From the NCBI GenBank assembly GCA_030390025.1, contig JASTWF010000034.1, positions 930,001-994,000 on the forward strand: a DNA stretch of 64,000 nt, written 5' to 3'. Every line of letters begins with the position of its first letter. Position 1 is the stretch's first letter. Below the pieces are notes generated by a model that was given only the letters and a program-made list of their open reading frames with translations, had not been told where the DNA came from and made no database searches. The position numbers were made by a program, and so were the translations under genes. Positions 14,301 to 26,405 of the stretch are shown piece by piece. This DNA is from Squalus acanthias (Eukaryota).

Positions 14301-17300
14301 CTCAACGTTGCAGTGAGTGTTGTGGGGTATATCATTGTTGCAGTGAGGTGTGTGGGGTATATCAGTGTGTTACAGTGAGTGGTGTGGGTTATAACCGTGT
14401 TACAGTGAGGGGTGTGGGGTATATCAGTTTTTCAGTGAGTGGTGGGGGGTATGTCAGTGTTACAGTGAGGGGTGTGTGGTATATCAGTGTTAGGGTGAGG
14501 GGTGTGGGGTATATCAGTGTTACAGTGAGTGGTGTGGGGTATATCAGTGTTACAGTGAGTGGTGTGTGGTATATCAGTGTTACAGTGAGGGGTGTGGGGT
14601 ATATCGGTGTTACAGTGAGGAGTGTGGGGTATCTCAGTGTTACAGAGAGGGGTGCGGGGTATATCTGTGTTACAGTGAGGGGTGTGGGTATATCAGTGTT
14701 ACAGTGAGGGGTGTGGGGTATATCAGTGTTAGATTGAGGGGTGTGGGGTATATCAGTGTTACAGTGAGGGGTGTGGGGTATATCAGTGTTACAGTGAGGG
14801 GTGTGGGTATATCAGTGTTACAGTGAGGGGTGTGGGGTATATCACTGTTACAGTGAGCGGTGTGTGGTATATCAGTGTTCCAGTGAGGTGTGGGGTATAT
14901 CAGTGTTACAGTGAGGGGTGTGGGGTATAGCCGTGTGTTACAGTGAGGGGTGTGGGGTATATCAGTGTGTTACAGTGAGGGGTGTGGAGTATATCAGTGT
15001 TACAGTGAGGGGTGTGGTGTATATCAGTGTTACAGTGAGGGGTGTGGGTTATATCCGTGTTACAGTGAGGGGTGTGGGGTATATCAGTGTTACAGTGAGG
15101 GGTGTGGCGTTTCTCAACGTTGCAGTGAGTGGTGTGGGGTATATCAGTGTTGCAGTGAGGTGTGTGGGGTATATCAGTGTGTTACAGTGAGTGGTGTGGG
15201 GTATATCAGTGTTACAGTATGGGGTGTGGGGTATGTCAGTGTTACAGTGAGGGGTGTGGGGTATATCAGTGTTACGGTTGGGGTGTGGGGTATATCAGTG
15301 TTACAGTGAGGGGTGTGGGGTATTTCAGTGTTACAGTGAGGGATGTGAGGTATCAGTGTGGCACTGAGAGGTGTGGGGTATATGAGATTGTTACAGTGAG
15401 GGGTGTGGGGTATATCAGTGTTACAGTGAGGGGTGTGGGGTATTTCAGTGTTACAGTGAGGGATGTGAGGTATCAGTGTTGCACTGAGAGGTGTGGGGTA
15501 TATGAGATTGTTACAGTGTGGGGGTTTGGTTATATAAGAGTGGTACTCTGAGCGATGTGGGGTATATCAGTGTTACAGTGAGGGGTGTGGGTAATATCAA
15601 TATGTGACAGTGAGGGTTTTTGGGTATTTCAGTGTTACAGTGAGGGGTTTTGGGGTATTTCAGTGTTACAGTGAGGGGTGTGGGTTATATCAGTTTTACA
15701 GTGAGGGGTGTGGGGTATATCAGTGTTACAGTGAGTGGTGTGTGGTATATCAGTGTTACAGTGAGGGGTGTGGGGTATGTCAGATCGTTACAGTGAGAAG
15801 TGGGGGTATATCAGTTTTACAGTGAGGGGTGTGGGGTATATCAGGGTGTTACAATGAGGGGTGTGGCGTATATCAGTGTTCCAGTGAGGGGTGTGTGGTA
15901 TATCAGTGTTACAGTGAGGGGTGTGTGGTATATCAGTGTTACAGTGAGTGGTGTGGGGTATATCAGTGTTACAGTGAGTGGTGTGGCGTATATCAGTGTT
16001 ACTGTGAGGGGTGTGGGGTATATCAGTGCGTTACAGTGAGGGGTGTGGGGTATATCAGTGTTACAGTGAGTGGTGTAGGGAATATCAGTGTTACAGTGAG
16101 TGGCGTGGCGTATATCAGTGTTACAGTGAGGGGTGTCGGGTATATCAGTGTTACAGTGAGGGGTGTGGGTTATATCAGTGTTACAGTGAGGGGTGTGGCG
16201 TATATCAATGTTACAGTGAGTGGTGTGGGGTCAATCAAAATGTTACAGTGAGGCGTTTGGGGCATATCAGATGGTTACAGTGATGGGTGTGCGGTACATC
16301 AGTGTGTGACAATAAATGTTTTTAGGTTATGTCAGCGAATGTTTTAGTGAGGCATGTGGGGTATATCAGTATGTGACAATAAGGGTTTTTTGTATTATAT
16401 CAGAGAGTGTTACGGTGTCGGGTACATCAATGTGTGACAATAAGGCTTTGGGGCTTATAGCAGTGTGTAACAGTGAGGGGTGTGGGGTGTATCAAAGTTT
16501 TACTGTGACGGGTGTGGTGTATATCAGAGTGTTACACTGAGGGGCGTGGGTTCTATCAGAGTGGATCAGTGAGGGGTGTGGTGTATATCAGTGTTAGAGT
16601 AGCAGTGTTACAGTGAGGGGTGAGCGGTATATCAGTGTGTTACAGTGAGGGGTGTGGGATATATTTGTTACTATGTGTTGTGTGAGGTATATCAGTGTTA
16701 CAGTGAGTTGTGTGGGTTATGTCAGTGTTATATCAGTGTTACAGTGAGGTGTGTGTGGTGTATCAGTGTTGCAGTGAGGGGTGTGGGTATATAAGTTTTA
16801 CAGTGAGGGGTGTGGGGTATATCAGAGTGTTACAGTGAGGGGTGTGGGATATATCAGTGTTACAGTGAGTGGTGTGGGTTATGTCAGTGTTATGGTGAGG
16901 GGTGTGGGGTATATAGTTTTACAGTGAGGGGTGTGGGGTGTATCAGTGTTACAATGAGAGGTGTGGGGTATATCAGTGTTATCGTGAGGGGTGTGGAGTA
17001 TATCAGTTTTACAGTGAGGGGAGTGGGGTGTATCAGTGTTACAGTAAGGGGTGTGGGGTATATAAGAGTGTTACAGTGAGGGGTGTGGGGTATATCAGTT
17101 TTACAGTGAGGGTGTGGGGTATATCAGAGTTACAGTGAGTGGTGTGGGGTATAGGATTGTGTTACAGTAAGGGGTGTGGGGTATGTAAGAGTGTTACAGA
17201 GAGGGGTGTGAGATAGTGTGTTACAGTGAGCCTATTGTGTATATCAGTGTTACAGTGAGGGTATTATGTATATCAGTATTACAATTAGGGGTGTGGGGTA

Positions 17301-20251
17301 TATCAGTTTTACAGTGAGGGGTGTGGGGTGTATCAGTTTTACAGTGAGGGGTGTGGGGTATATCAGTTTTACATTAAGGGGTGTGCGGTATATGAATGTT
17401 ACAGTGAGGAGTGTGGGTTATATCATTGTATGACTAAGAACTTGTGAGTTATATCAGCGTGTTACTTTGAGGGGTGAGGGGTATATCAGATCCTTACTGT
17501 GAGGGGCGTGGGCCATATCAGTGTGGTACTCTGAGCGGTATGAGGTATATCAGTGTTACAGTGAAAGGTGTGGGGTATATCAGTGTTACAGTGAGGGGTG
17601 TGGGGTATATCAGTGTTACAGTGAGGTGTGTGGGGAATATCAGTGTTACAGTGAGGGGTATATTAGTGTTACAGTGATGGGGTGTGGGGTATATCAGTGT
17701 TACAGTGGGGGATTTGGGTCTATCAGAATGTTACAGTGGGGTTCTGAGGTATATCAGTGTTACAGTGAGTGGTGTGGGGTAGATCAGTGTTACAGTGAGG
17801 GGTGTGGGGTATATCAGTGTTACAGTGAGGGGTGTGGGGTATATCAGTGTTACAGTGTGGGGTATGGGCTGTATCAGTGTTACAGTGAGGGGTGTGTGGT
17901 ATATCAGTGTTACAGTGAGGGGTGTGGGGTATTTCAGTGTTATAGTGAGGGGTGTAGGGTATATCAGTTTTACAGTGAGGGGTGTGGGGTATATCAGTGT
18001 TACAGTGAGGGGTGTGGGGTATTTCAGAGTTACAGTGAGGGGTGTGGGGTATCTCAGTGTTACAGTGAGGGGTGTGGGGTATGTCAGTGTTACAGTGAGG
18101 GGTGTGATGTATATCAGTGTTACAGTGAGTGGTGTGGGGTATATCAGTGTTACAGTGAGTGGTGTGTGGTATATCAGTGTTACAGTGAGGGGTGTGGGGT
18201 ATATCAGTGTTACAATGAGGAGTGTAGGGTATATCAGTGTTACAGTGAGTTCTGTGGGGTTTATCAGTGTTACGGTATGGGATGTGGGGTATATCAGTGT
18301 TACAGTGAGGGGTGTGGGGTATTTCAGTGTTACAGTGAGGGATGTGAGGTATCAGTGTTGCACTGAGAGGTGTGGGGTATATGAGATTGTTACAGTGTGG
18401 GGGTTGGGTTATATAAGAGTGGTACTCTGAGCGATGTGGGGTATATCAGTGTTACAGTGAGGGGTGAGGGTAATATCAATATGTGACAGTGAGGGTTTTG
18501 GGGTATTTCAGTGTTACAGTGAGGGGTGAGGGGTATATCAGTGTTACAGTGAGGGATGTGGGGTATGTGAGTGTTACAGTGAGGGGTGTGGGGTATATCA
18601 GTTTGTTACAGTGAGGGGTGTGGGTATATCAGTGTTACAGTGAGGGGTGTGGGGTATATCAGTGTTACAGTGAGGGGTGTGGGGTATTTCAATGTTACAG
18701 TGAGGGGTGTGGGGTATCTCAGTGTTACAGTGAGGGGTGTGGGGTATGTCAGTGTTACAGTGAGTGGTGTGTGGTATATCCGTGTTACAGTGAGTGGTGT
18801 GGGGTATATCAGTGTTACAGTGAGGGGTGTGGGGTATTTCAGTGTTACAGTGAGGGATGTGAGGTATCAGTGTTGCACTGAGAGGTGTGGGGTATATGAG
18901 ATTGTTACAGTGTGGGGGTTGGGTTATATAAGAGTGGTACTCTGAGCGATGTGGGGTATATCAGTGTTACAGTGAGGGGTGAGGGTAATATCAATATGTG
19001 ACAGTGAGGGTTTTGGGGTATTTCAGTGTTACAGTGAGGGGTGAGGGGTATATCAGTGTTACAGTGAGGGATGTGGGGTATGTGAGTGTTACAGTGAGGG
19101 GTGTGGGGTATATCAGTTTGTTACAGTGAGGGGTGTGGGTATATCAGTGTTACAGTGAGGGGTGTGGGGTATATCAGTGTTACAGTGAGGGGTGTGGGGT
19201 ATTTCAATGTTACAGTGAGGGGTGTGGGGTATCTCAGTGTTACAGTGAGGGGTGTGGGGTATGTCAGTGTTACAGTGAGTGGTGTGTGGTATATCCGTGT
19301 TACAGTGAGTGGTGTGGGGTATATCAGTGTTAGTGAGGGATGTGGGGTATTTCAGTTTTATAGTGAGGGGTGTGGGGTATATCAGTGTTACAGTGAGGGG
19401 TGTGGGTATATCTGTGTTACAGTGAACGGTGTGGGGTATATCAGTGTTACAGTGTGGGGTGTATTAGTGTGTTACAGTGAGGGGTGTGGGGTATATCTGT
19501 GTTACAGTGAGGGGTATGGGCTATATCTGTTACAGTGAGGGGTGTGGGGTATATCAGTTTTACGGTGAGGGATGTGGGGTATATCAGTGTTACAGTGAGG
19601 GGTGAGGGGTATATCAGTGTTACAGTGAGGGATGTGGGGTATGTGAGTGTTACAGTGAGGGGTGTGGGGTATATCACTTTGTTACAGTGAGGGGTGTGGG
19701 GTATATCAGTGTTACAGTGAGGGGTGAGGGGTATATCAGTGTTACAGTGAGGGGTGTGCTGTATATCAGTGTTACAGTGAGGGGTGTAGGGTATATCACT
19801 GTTACAGTGAGGGGTGTGGGGTATATCAGTGTTACGGTGAGGGGTGTGGGGTATATCAGTGTTAGTGAGGGGTGTGGGGTTTTTCACTGTTACAGTGAGG
19901 GGTGTGGGGTATATCAGTTTTACAGTGAGGGGTGTGGAGTATATCAGTGTTACAGTGAGGGGTGTGGGGTATATCAGTGTTGCAGTGAGGGGTGTGGGGT
20001 ATATCAGTTTTACAGTGAGGGGTGTGGGGTATATCAGTGTTACAGTGAGGGGTGTGGGGTATATCAGTGTTACAGTGAGGGGTGTGTGGTATATCAGTGT
20101 TACATTGAGGGGTGTGGGGTATATCAGTGTTACAGTGAGGGGTGTGGGGTATATCAGTGTTACAGTGAGGGGTGTGGGGTATATCAGTGTTACAGTGAGT
20201 GGAGTGGGGTATATCTGTCTTACATTGAGGGGTGTGGGGTATATCAGAGAG
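2396..20251. repeat. ~18-kb G/T-rich 30-bp satellite B (CAGTGTTACAGTGAGGGGTGTGGGGTATAT) with higher-order duplications
   Basis: 30-nt periodicity with 28-32-nt variants; diagnostic variant blocks recur at offsets 7741, 8041, 2032, ~870-900 and 515. Confidence 0.97.
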
Positions 20252-20955
20252 TGTTAGAATGTCGCTTTTAAATGCTCTGAATTGATTTGTCCGTGACTAT
20301 ACAAGCCACTCTGGGTACAGGTCTATTGTGTATAATTAAAACAGGTTTATTAAGCATTAAATATCCAGTACAAAGAAGTAATGCTAAACAAGAAGATTGT
20401 CGTAGTCTGTTTATTGTACCCCAGCGTTCCTTCCGAGTATCTCTCTTCTCTTGCTGTGTTCTGTTGACTGAAGCTTCTCATCCTCTGGTTTTGCGCTGCT
20501 TTCGGTGTTCAATAGCTGTTCATTTATTACTTTTTTTCCCTCCGTTTTGCCTACGTGGCAGTTAGTAAGCAAGCTATCCTGATCTGAGAACAACCTTCAC
20601 ACTAAATTCGCACAGATGTCTTTTCGCTTTTTAATCAGCTCATTGCTCAGCCGGTTCTGTATTTATGAGTGGTGACTGTCTCCAGCCCTCTATCTTCGTT
20701 TGCAATGCTGCTGAATTTCTTGTTTCCCACTGTCTCCTTGTGTACTTAACAAGCCATTTAACAGAATTACATCAATTTCTAACAGAGTTTAGTCAGGTTG
20801 GCATAATTCCCATCCTGCTTTGGTCTCAGCCATTTGCCATTTTATACAGGCTGTTTAGGTTTTTAACATACAACTTCACATATTATAGTTATATAAAAAT
20901 GGTTATAGAATCTTATTAATGTTTACTAAATCCTACAGGGACAGTCTATCCTACA
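20252..20955 (-). mobile_element. Putative 3' LTR (U3 start secure, distal end uncertain)
   Basis: Sense start TGTAGG at 20955, directly after a purine tract and ATC; AATAAA motifs on the minus strand (plus TTTATT near 20346, 20410, 20523); possible ...CTAACA end at 20252, which also matches the satellite motif. Confidence 0.6.
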
Positions 20956-20958
20956 GAT

Positions 20959-20967
20959 CCCTACCTT
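20959..20967 (-). other. Short polypurine tract (AAGGTAGGG)
   Basis: Lies between the env stop (21033) and the LTR start, 3 nt (ATC) before TGTAG. Confidence 0.55.
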
Positions 20968-21032
20968 GAGGGCGAGGCATTTTTCCGACCCCTCATAACG
21001 AAAATCTTACATATGGGTTTGTTCTCCCATGT

Positions 21033-21905
21033 TTATGTAACTCTGAAGATATTCCGGGTTGTGATCATATTTAAACGGGTTTTGTACATCAGGTGTTTCA
21101 GGTAGCAGGTGTAGAATAGTAAGCATGTCAGTACTCCAAGTTGCGTGATGACCAGTACATGGGAAATTACCCTAATCCAAGGAGGAATTTCCATGTTTGT
21201 CCCTATGTCCCACCAGTGTGTTTGATTTTTGATAACTGGAATTTTCTTGGCTACGGCTTCATTCCCTTGCACCAGTGTATAGTAATGGCGTTGGGAGGTG
21301 CTCACCTGATTTATTAATTCGGTTAAGGCTTCAGTTAGCTTGGGGATATCATATCCGAATTTAGTCACATAATCTTCTAGTTATATATTTAAATCATCCT
21401 CTACTTGTAATACCTGCTGGTCATGTGAGGCTACTGCAAGGAGAATCCTTCCTCCTATTACTGTAGTCTTAGTAGGTCTGATACAGTAGGTTCCTGGGGT
21501 TATTGAAGATTCAAGTGTTCCCTGACTATAGGAGCTCTCTAAAGTGGTAAAACAATATCTCCCTTCTCGTACGTAGGTTGTTCTAGTTCTTACATCTGAG
21601 GGGCCTGTCACTTCCATAGTACAGTTTAACCTTTCTTCATTCCAACCATACCCACATGTGTGCTTTGAATGATCGTACAAACTGTATGGGCAAACAACGG
21701 CATCCTCATTTGTACTACATCCTTGTAGGTTTGGTTCAATCCATGTTCGTTTTTCTAACTGTACTAACCATTGTGGTGCCCTGAGAAATCGGTTAATGGT
21801 ATTTCCTTTTACTACTCCTATATTCTCTTTTCTAAATAAGGGGTTGGGCCTGGTTCGATTCATTAGACTAGGAATTTGTAGTATTAGTCCAGATAATACT
21901 TGCAT
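21033..21905 (-). pseudogene. env: Envelope glycoprotein, C-terminal ~290 aa, resembling the paramyxovirus-type F1 subunit; one in-frame stop at 21381-21383
   Basis: ORFs 21381-21905 and 21033-21368 are in one frame (…DDLNI*LEDYVTKFG…); Cys-rich core, heptad-like segment, WWD, hydrophobic TM (VISHVLVITQLGVLTCLLFYTCYL), short tail; NxT sequons NRT, NCT, NQT. Confidence 0.8.
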
Positions 21906-23644
21906 ACTTTGGGTCAGTCTTTACGAAGGAAGACACAAAAAACCTCCCTGGGATATCGGGAAAAATAGGGACATTTGCAAAGGAGGAACTGACGCAAGTC
22001 AATATCTCTAAGGATATGGTGTTAAGGAAGCTAAAGGGATTGAAGGCGGACAAATCCCCAAGGCCTGATAACATGCATCCTAGGGTGCTGAAGGAGGTGG
22101 CCCTAGAGATAGCGGATGCACTAAGTATGATTTTTCAGAATTCATTAGACTCAGGAACAGTGCCCATGGATTGGAGGGTAGCTAACGTTACCCCACTATT
22201 CAAAAAGGGGGGTAGGGAAAAAGCAGGTAATTACAGACCTGTAAGCCTTACATCAGTTGTGGGCAAAATGCTGGAGTCCATCATTAAGGATGAAATAGCG
22301 GAGCACTTAGGAAATGGGGACAGGATAGGACAGAGTCAACATGGATTTACAAAGGGTAAATCGTGCTTGACTAATCTATTAGAATTTTTTGAGGGAGTAA
22401 CTGGTAAAATAGATGGGGGAGAGCCAGTAGATGTGGTGTACCTGGACTTCCAAAAGGCCTTCGATAAGGTCCCACATAAAAGATTAGCAGGGAAAATTGA
22501 AGCTCATGGGATAAAGGGGAAAGTATTGACGTGGATAGAGAACTGGCTGTCAGATAGAAAACAGAGAGTTGGAATAAACGGCTCATTTTCTGAATGGCAG
22601 GCAGTAACAAGTGGGGTACCACAGGGATCTGTCCTGGGTCCCCAGCTGTTCACAATTTACATTAATGACCTGGATCAGGGAGTCGGATGCAGCATTTCCA
22701 AATTTGCAGACGACACTAAACTAGGAGGGGGGGTGGGCTCAGAGGAGGAGACCAGGAAGCTCCAGAGCGATTTGGACAGACTGGGTGATTGGGCGGATAA
22801 ATGGCAGATGCACTATAATGTGGACAAGTGCGAAGTTATCCACCTTGGGTGCAGGAACGGGAGGGCAAATTATTATTTAAATGGCAATAAATTGGGAGAG
22901 GGGGAAGTACAGAGAGACCTGGGTGTTCTTGTACACCAGTCACTGAAGGCGAGCATGCAGGTGCAACAGGCGGTCAAGAAGGCAAACGGTATGCTGGCCT
23001 TCATAGCAAAAGGGTTGGAATACAGGAACAGGGATACCTTGCTGCAGCTGTACAGGGCACTGGTGAGACCACACCTCGAGTACTGTGTACAGTTTTGGTC
23101 GCCTCATCTGAGGAAAGATGTTCTTGCCATGGAGGGGGTGCAGCGGCGATTCACCAGGCTGATACCAGGAATGGCGGGATTGACCTATGAGGAGAGACTA
23201 TGTAGTTTAGGGATGTACACACTGGAGTTTAGAAGATTGAGAGGGGACCTCATAGAAGTGTATAAAATTCTGACAGGTCTAGACAGACTAGATGCAGAAG
23301 GAATGTTTCCCTTGGCGGGTGAGAACAGAACTAGAGGACATAATTTAAGGATAAGGGCTAAACCATTTAGGACAGAAATGAGGGGGAATTTCTTCACTCA
23401 GAGGGTGGTGAACCTGTGGAACTCATTGCCACAGAGGGCAGTGTACGCCAGCTCATTAAATATATTTAAGAGGGAATTAGATATATTTCTACAGGCAAAA
23501 GGGGTTAAGGGTTACGGAGAGAAGGCGGGGACGGGATACTGAATTGGAGGATCAGCCATGATCTCATTAAATGGCGGAGCAGGCTCGAAGGGCCGGATGG
23601 CCTACTCCTGCTCCTATCTTCTATGTATCTATGTATCTATGTAT
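21902..23644 (+). mobile_element. CR1-type LINE, 5'-truncated, young; inserted in env
   Basis: ORF2 frame open from YFGSVFTKED (21905) to stop 23542; 3' UTR ends in a (CTATGTAT)n tail. Confidence 0.95.
22016..23542 (+). CDS. CR1 ORF2 reverse transcriptase domain and C-terminus, uninterrupted
   Basis: NYRPVSLTS, QHGF, YLDFQKAFDKV, GVPQGSVLGP and KFADDTKL motifs; no stops over 508 aa. Confidence 0.93.
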   Translation: MVLRKLKGLKADKSPRPDNMHPRVLKEVALEIADALSMIFQNSLDSGTVPMDWRVANVTPLFKKGGREKAGNYRPVSLTSVVGKMLESIIKDEIAEHLGNGDRIGQSQHGFTKGKSCLTNLLEFFEGVTGKIDGGEPVDVVYLDFQKAFDKVPHKRLAGKIEAHGIKGKVLTWIENWLSDRKQRVGINGSFSEWQAVTSGVPQGSVLGPQLFTIYINDLDQGVGCSISKFADDTKLGGGVGSEEETRKLQSDLDRLGDWADKWQMHYNVDKCEVIHLGCRNGRANYYLNGNKLGEGEVQRDLGVLVHQSLKASMQVQQAVKKANGMLAFIAKGLEYRNRDTLLQLYRALVRPHLEYCVQFWSPHLRKDVLAMEGVQRRFTRLIPGMAGLTYEERLCSLGMYTLEFRRLRGDLIEVYKILTGLDRLDAEGMFPLAGENRTRGHNLRIRAKPFRTEMRGNFFTQRVVNLWNSLPQRAVYASSLNIFKRELDIFLQAKGVKGYGEKAGTGY

Positions 23645-23656
23645 AATGGTAAATTC

Positions 23657-26405
23657 TTGGCTATTACAGAGACGTGGCTGAAAGAGGAGCAGGTATGGCA
23701 GCTCAACATTCCTGGTTACAGGATTTTCATACGGGATAGAGAGTGAGGTAAAAAGGGAGGGGGTGTCCTGGTATTGTTTAAATAAACTATTACAGCTGTG
23801 AGGAGGGATGGTATGTTGGAGGGATCATCAAACGAGGCCATATGGGTCGAATTGATAAACAAAAAAGGGGCGATCACACTGCTGGGAGTGTATTATAAAC
23901 CCCCAAACAGTGAGAGGGAGATAGAAGAGCAAATATGTAGACACATTTCTGAGAAGTGCATAAACTATAGGGCAGTAATGTTAGTGGATTTCAACTACCC
24001 CAATATTAACTGGGATAAAATTAGTGTGAAGGAAAGAGAAGGTGCGTAATTCCTAAAATGCATCCAGGAGAACTTTTTTAGCCAGTATGTAGCAAGCCCA
24101 ACAAGGGAGCAGGCAGTTCTGGACTTAGTTTTAGGGAATGAAGCTGGGCAGGTAGAAGGCGTATCAGTGGGGGAGCATTTTGGTGCTGGTGACCATAATT
24201 CTGTTAGATTTAAGGTAGTTATGGAAAAGGACAAGGATAGACCAGGAAAAAAAAATCTAAATTGGGGAAAAGCAACTTTTGCTGAGCTGAGAGGGGATTT
24301 AGCCATAGTGGACTGGAAACAGCTACTTGAAGGTAAATCAGTGTCAGAGCAGAGGAAGGCATTCAAGGAGGAGATCCGGAGGGTTCAGACCAAATATATG
24401 CCCTTAAAGAAAAATGGTAGGACTAACAAATCTAGAGCCCCCAGGATGTCTCGGGACATACAGGGTCAGATAAAGAAAAAAAGGGAGGCGTATGACAGAT
24501 ACCGAGGGCTAAATACCGCAGAATCTTTAGAGGAGTACAGAAAGTACAGGGGTGCAATTAAAAAGGATATTAGGAAAAAAAAGAGAGAGCATGAAAAATT
24601 ATTTTCAAGTAAAATCAAGGAAAACCCAAAGATGTTTTACAAATATATTAAGAGTAAGAGGATAACTAAAGAAAGGGTAGGGCCTATTAGAAATCGTGAG
24701 GGCAATCTGTGTGTGGAGGCGGGATACGTTGGTAGGGTTCTTAATGAATACTTTGTGTGTGTTTTCACAAAGGAGAGGGGCGAAGCAGACATTGCTATCA
24801 GGGAGCGTGAAATATTAGATGGAATAAACATAGTGAGAGAGGAAGTATTAAGGGGTTTAGCAGCTTTATAAGTGGATAAATCCCCAGGCCCGGATGAAAT
24901 GTATCCCAGGCAGTTAAGCAAAGCAAAAGAGGAAATAGCAGAGGCCCTGGCCATCATTTTCCTCTCTGGCTTCAGGTGTGGTACTGGAGGACTGCTAACG
25001 TTGTACCCTTGTCTAAAAAGGTAGAAAAGGATAGACCGAGTAATTACAGGCCAGTCAGCCTAACCTCGGTGATGGGAAAATTAATGGAAATAATTCTGAA
25101 GGACAGGATAAATCTTCATTTAAAAAGACACGGATTAATCAAGGATAGTCAGCACGGATTTGTTAAGGGAAGGTCGTGTCTGACAAACTTGATTGAATTT
25201 TTTGAGGAGGTAACAAGGAGGGTAGATGAGGGTGGTGCATTTGATGTAGTGTATATGGACTTCAGCAAGGCTTTTGATAAGGTTCCACATGACAGACTGG
25301 TCACGATGTTAAAAGCCCTTGGGATCCAGGGCAAAGTGTCAAGTTGGATTCAAAATTGGCTCGGAGGCAAGTAGCAGAGGGTAATGGTTGCTGTGTGTTT
25401 TTGTGACTGGAAGGCTGTTTCCAGTGTGGTTCCGCAGGGCTCAGTACTAGGTCCCTTGCTTTTTGTGGCATATATCAATGATCTAGACTTGAATATAGGG
25501 GGTATGATTAAAAGTTTGCAGATGATACTAAAATCGGCGGTGTGGTTGATACTGAAGAAGGAAGCTGCAGACTGCAGGAAGATATCAATAAATTGGTCAG
25601 GTGGGTAGAACAGTGGTTAAAGGAATTTAATCCGGAGAAGTGTGAGATAATGTATTTGGGGAGAGCTAAAAAGGAAAGGGAAGACATATTAAATGGTAGG
25701 ATACGGAGTAGAGTAGAGGAACAAAGGGACCTTGGAGTGCATGTCCACAGATCCCTGAAGGTAGCAGGCCAGGTAGATAAGGTGGTTAAGAAGGCATACA
25801 GAATACTTGCCTTTATTAGCCGTGGCACAGAATACAAGAGCAGGGGGGTTATGCTTCAACTGTATAAAACACTGGTTAGGCCTCAGCTAGAGTACTGCGT
25901 GCAGTTCTGGTCATCACATTACAGGAAAGATGTGATTGTACTAGAGAGGGTACAGAGGAGATTTACAAGGATGTTGCCGGGAGTAGAGAATCTTAGCTAT
26001 GAGGAAAGACTGGATAGGCTGGGTCTGTTTTCCTTGGAACAGAGGAGGCTGAGGGGAGACCTTATTGAGGTGTATAAAATTATGAGTGGCCGAGATAAAG
26101 TGGAGAGAAAGGACCTATTTCCGTTAGCAGAGGGGTCAAAAACCAGGGGGCACAGATTTAAAGTAATTGGTGGAAGGTTTAGAGGGGATTTGAGGGGAAA
26201 TTTCCCCAGAGGGTTGTGGGGGTCTGGAGCTCACTGCCTGAAAGGGTGGTAGAGGCAGAAATCCTAACCACATTTAAAAAGTACTTGGATGTGCACTTGG
26301 GATGCTGTAACCTGCAGGGCTACGGACCAAGAGCTGGGACGTGGGATTAGGCTGGATAGCTCTTTGTTGGCCGGCGCGGACACGATGGGCTGTAACTTTC
26401 TATGA
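23657..26405 (+). mobile_element. Older CR1-type LINE (endonuclease to 3' UTR) with stops and frameshifts
   Basis: AITETWL, GVYYKPPN, DFNYP and GAGDHN endonuclease motifs; RT motifs split over ORFs 24976, 25384 and 25542. Confidence 0.93.

Noticed and set aside
2396..20251. Telomeric repeat
   Set aside because: G-rich but no (TTAGGG)n tract
1..20271. Dozens of ORFs with YQCYSEGCGV / VTVRGVGYIS / PHCNTDIPHT repeats resembling keratin-associated or Cys-rich proteins
   Set aside because: Read-through of 30-bp units; frames switch at every 28-32-nt variant, both strands are open, and there is no gene structure
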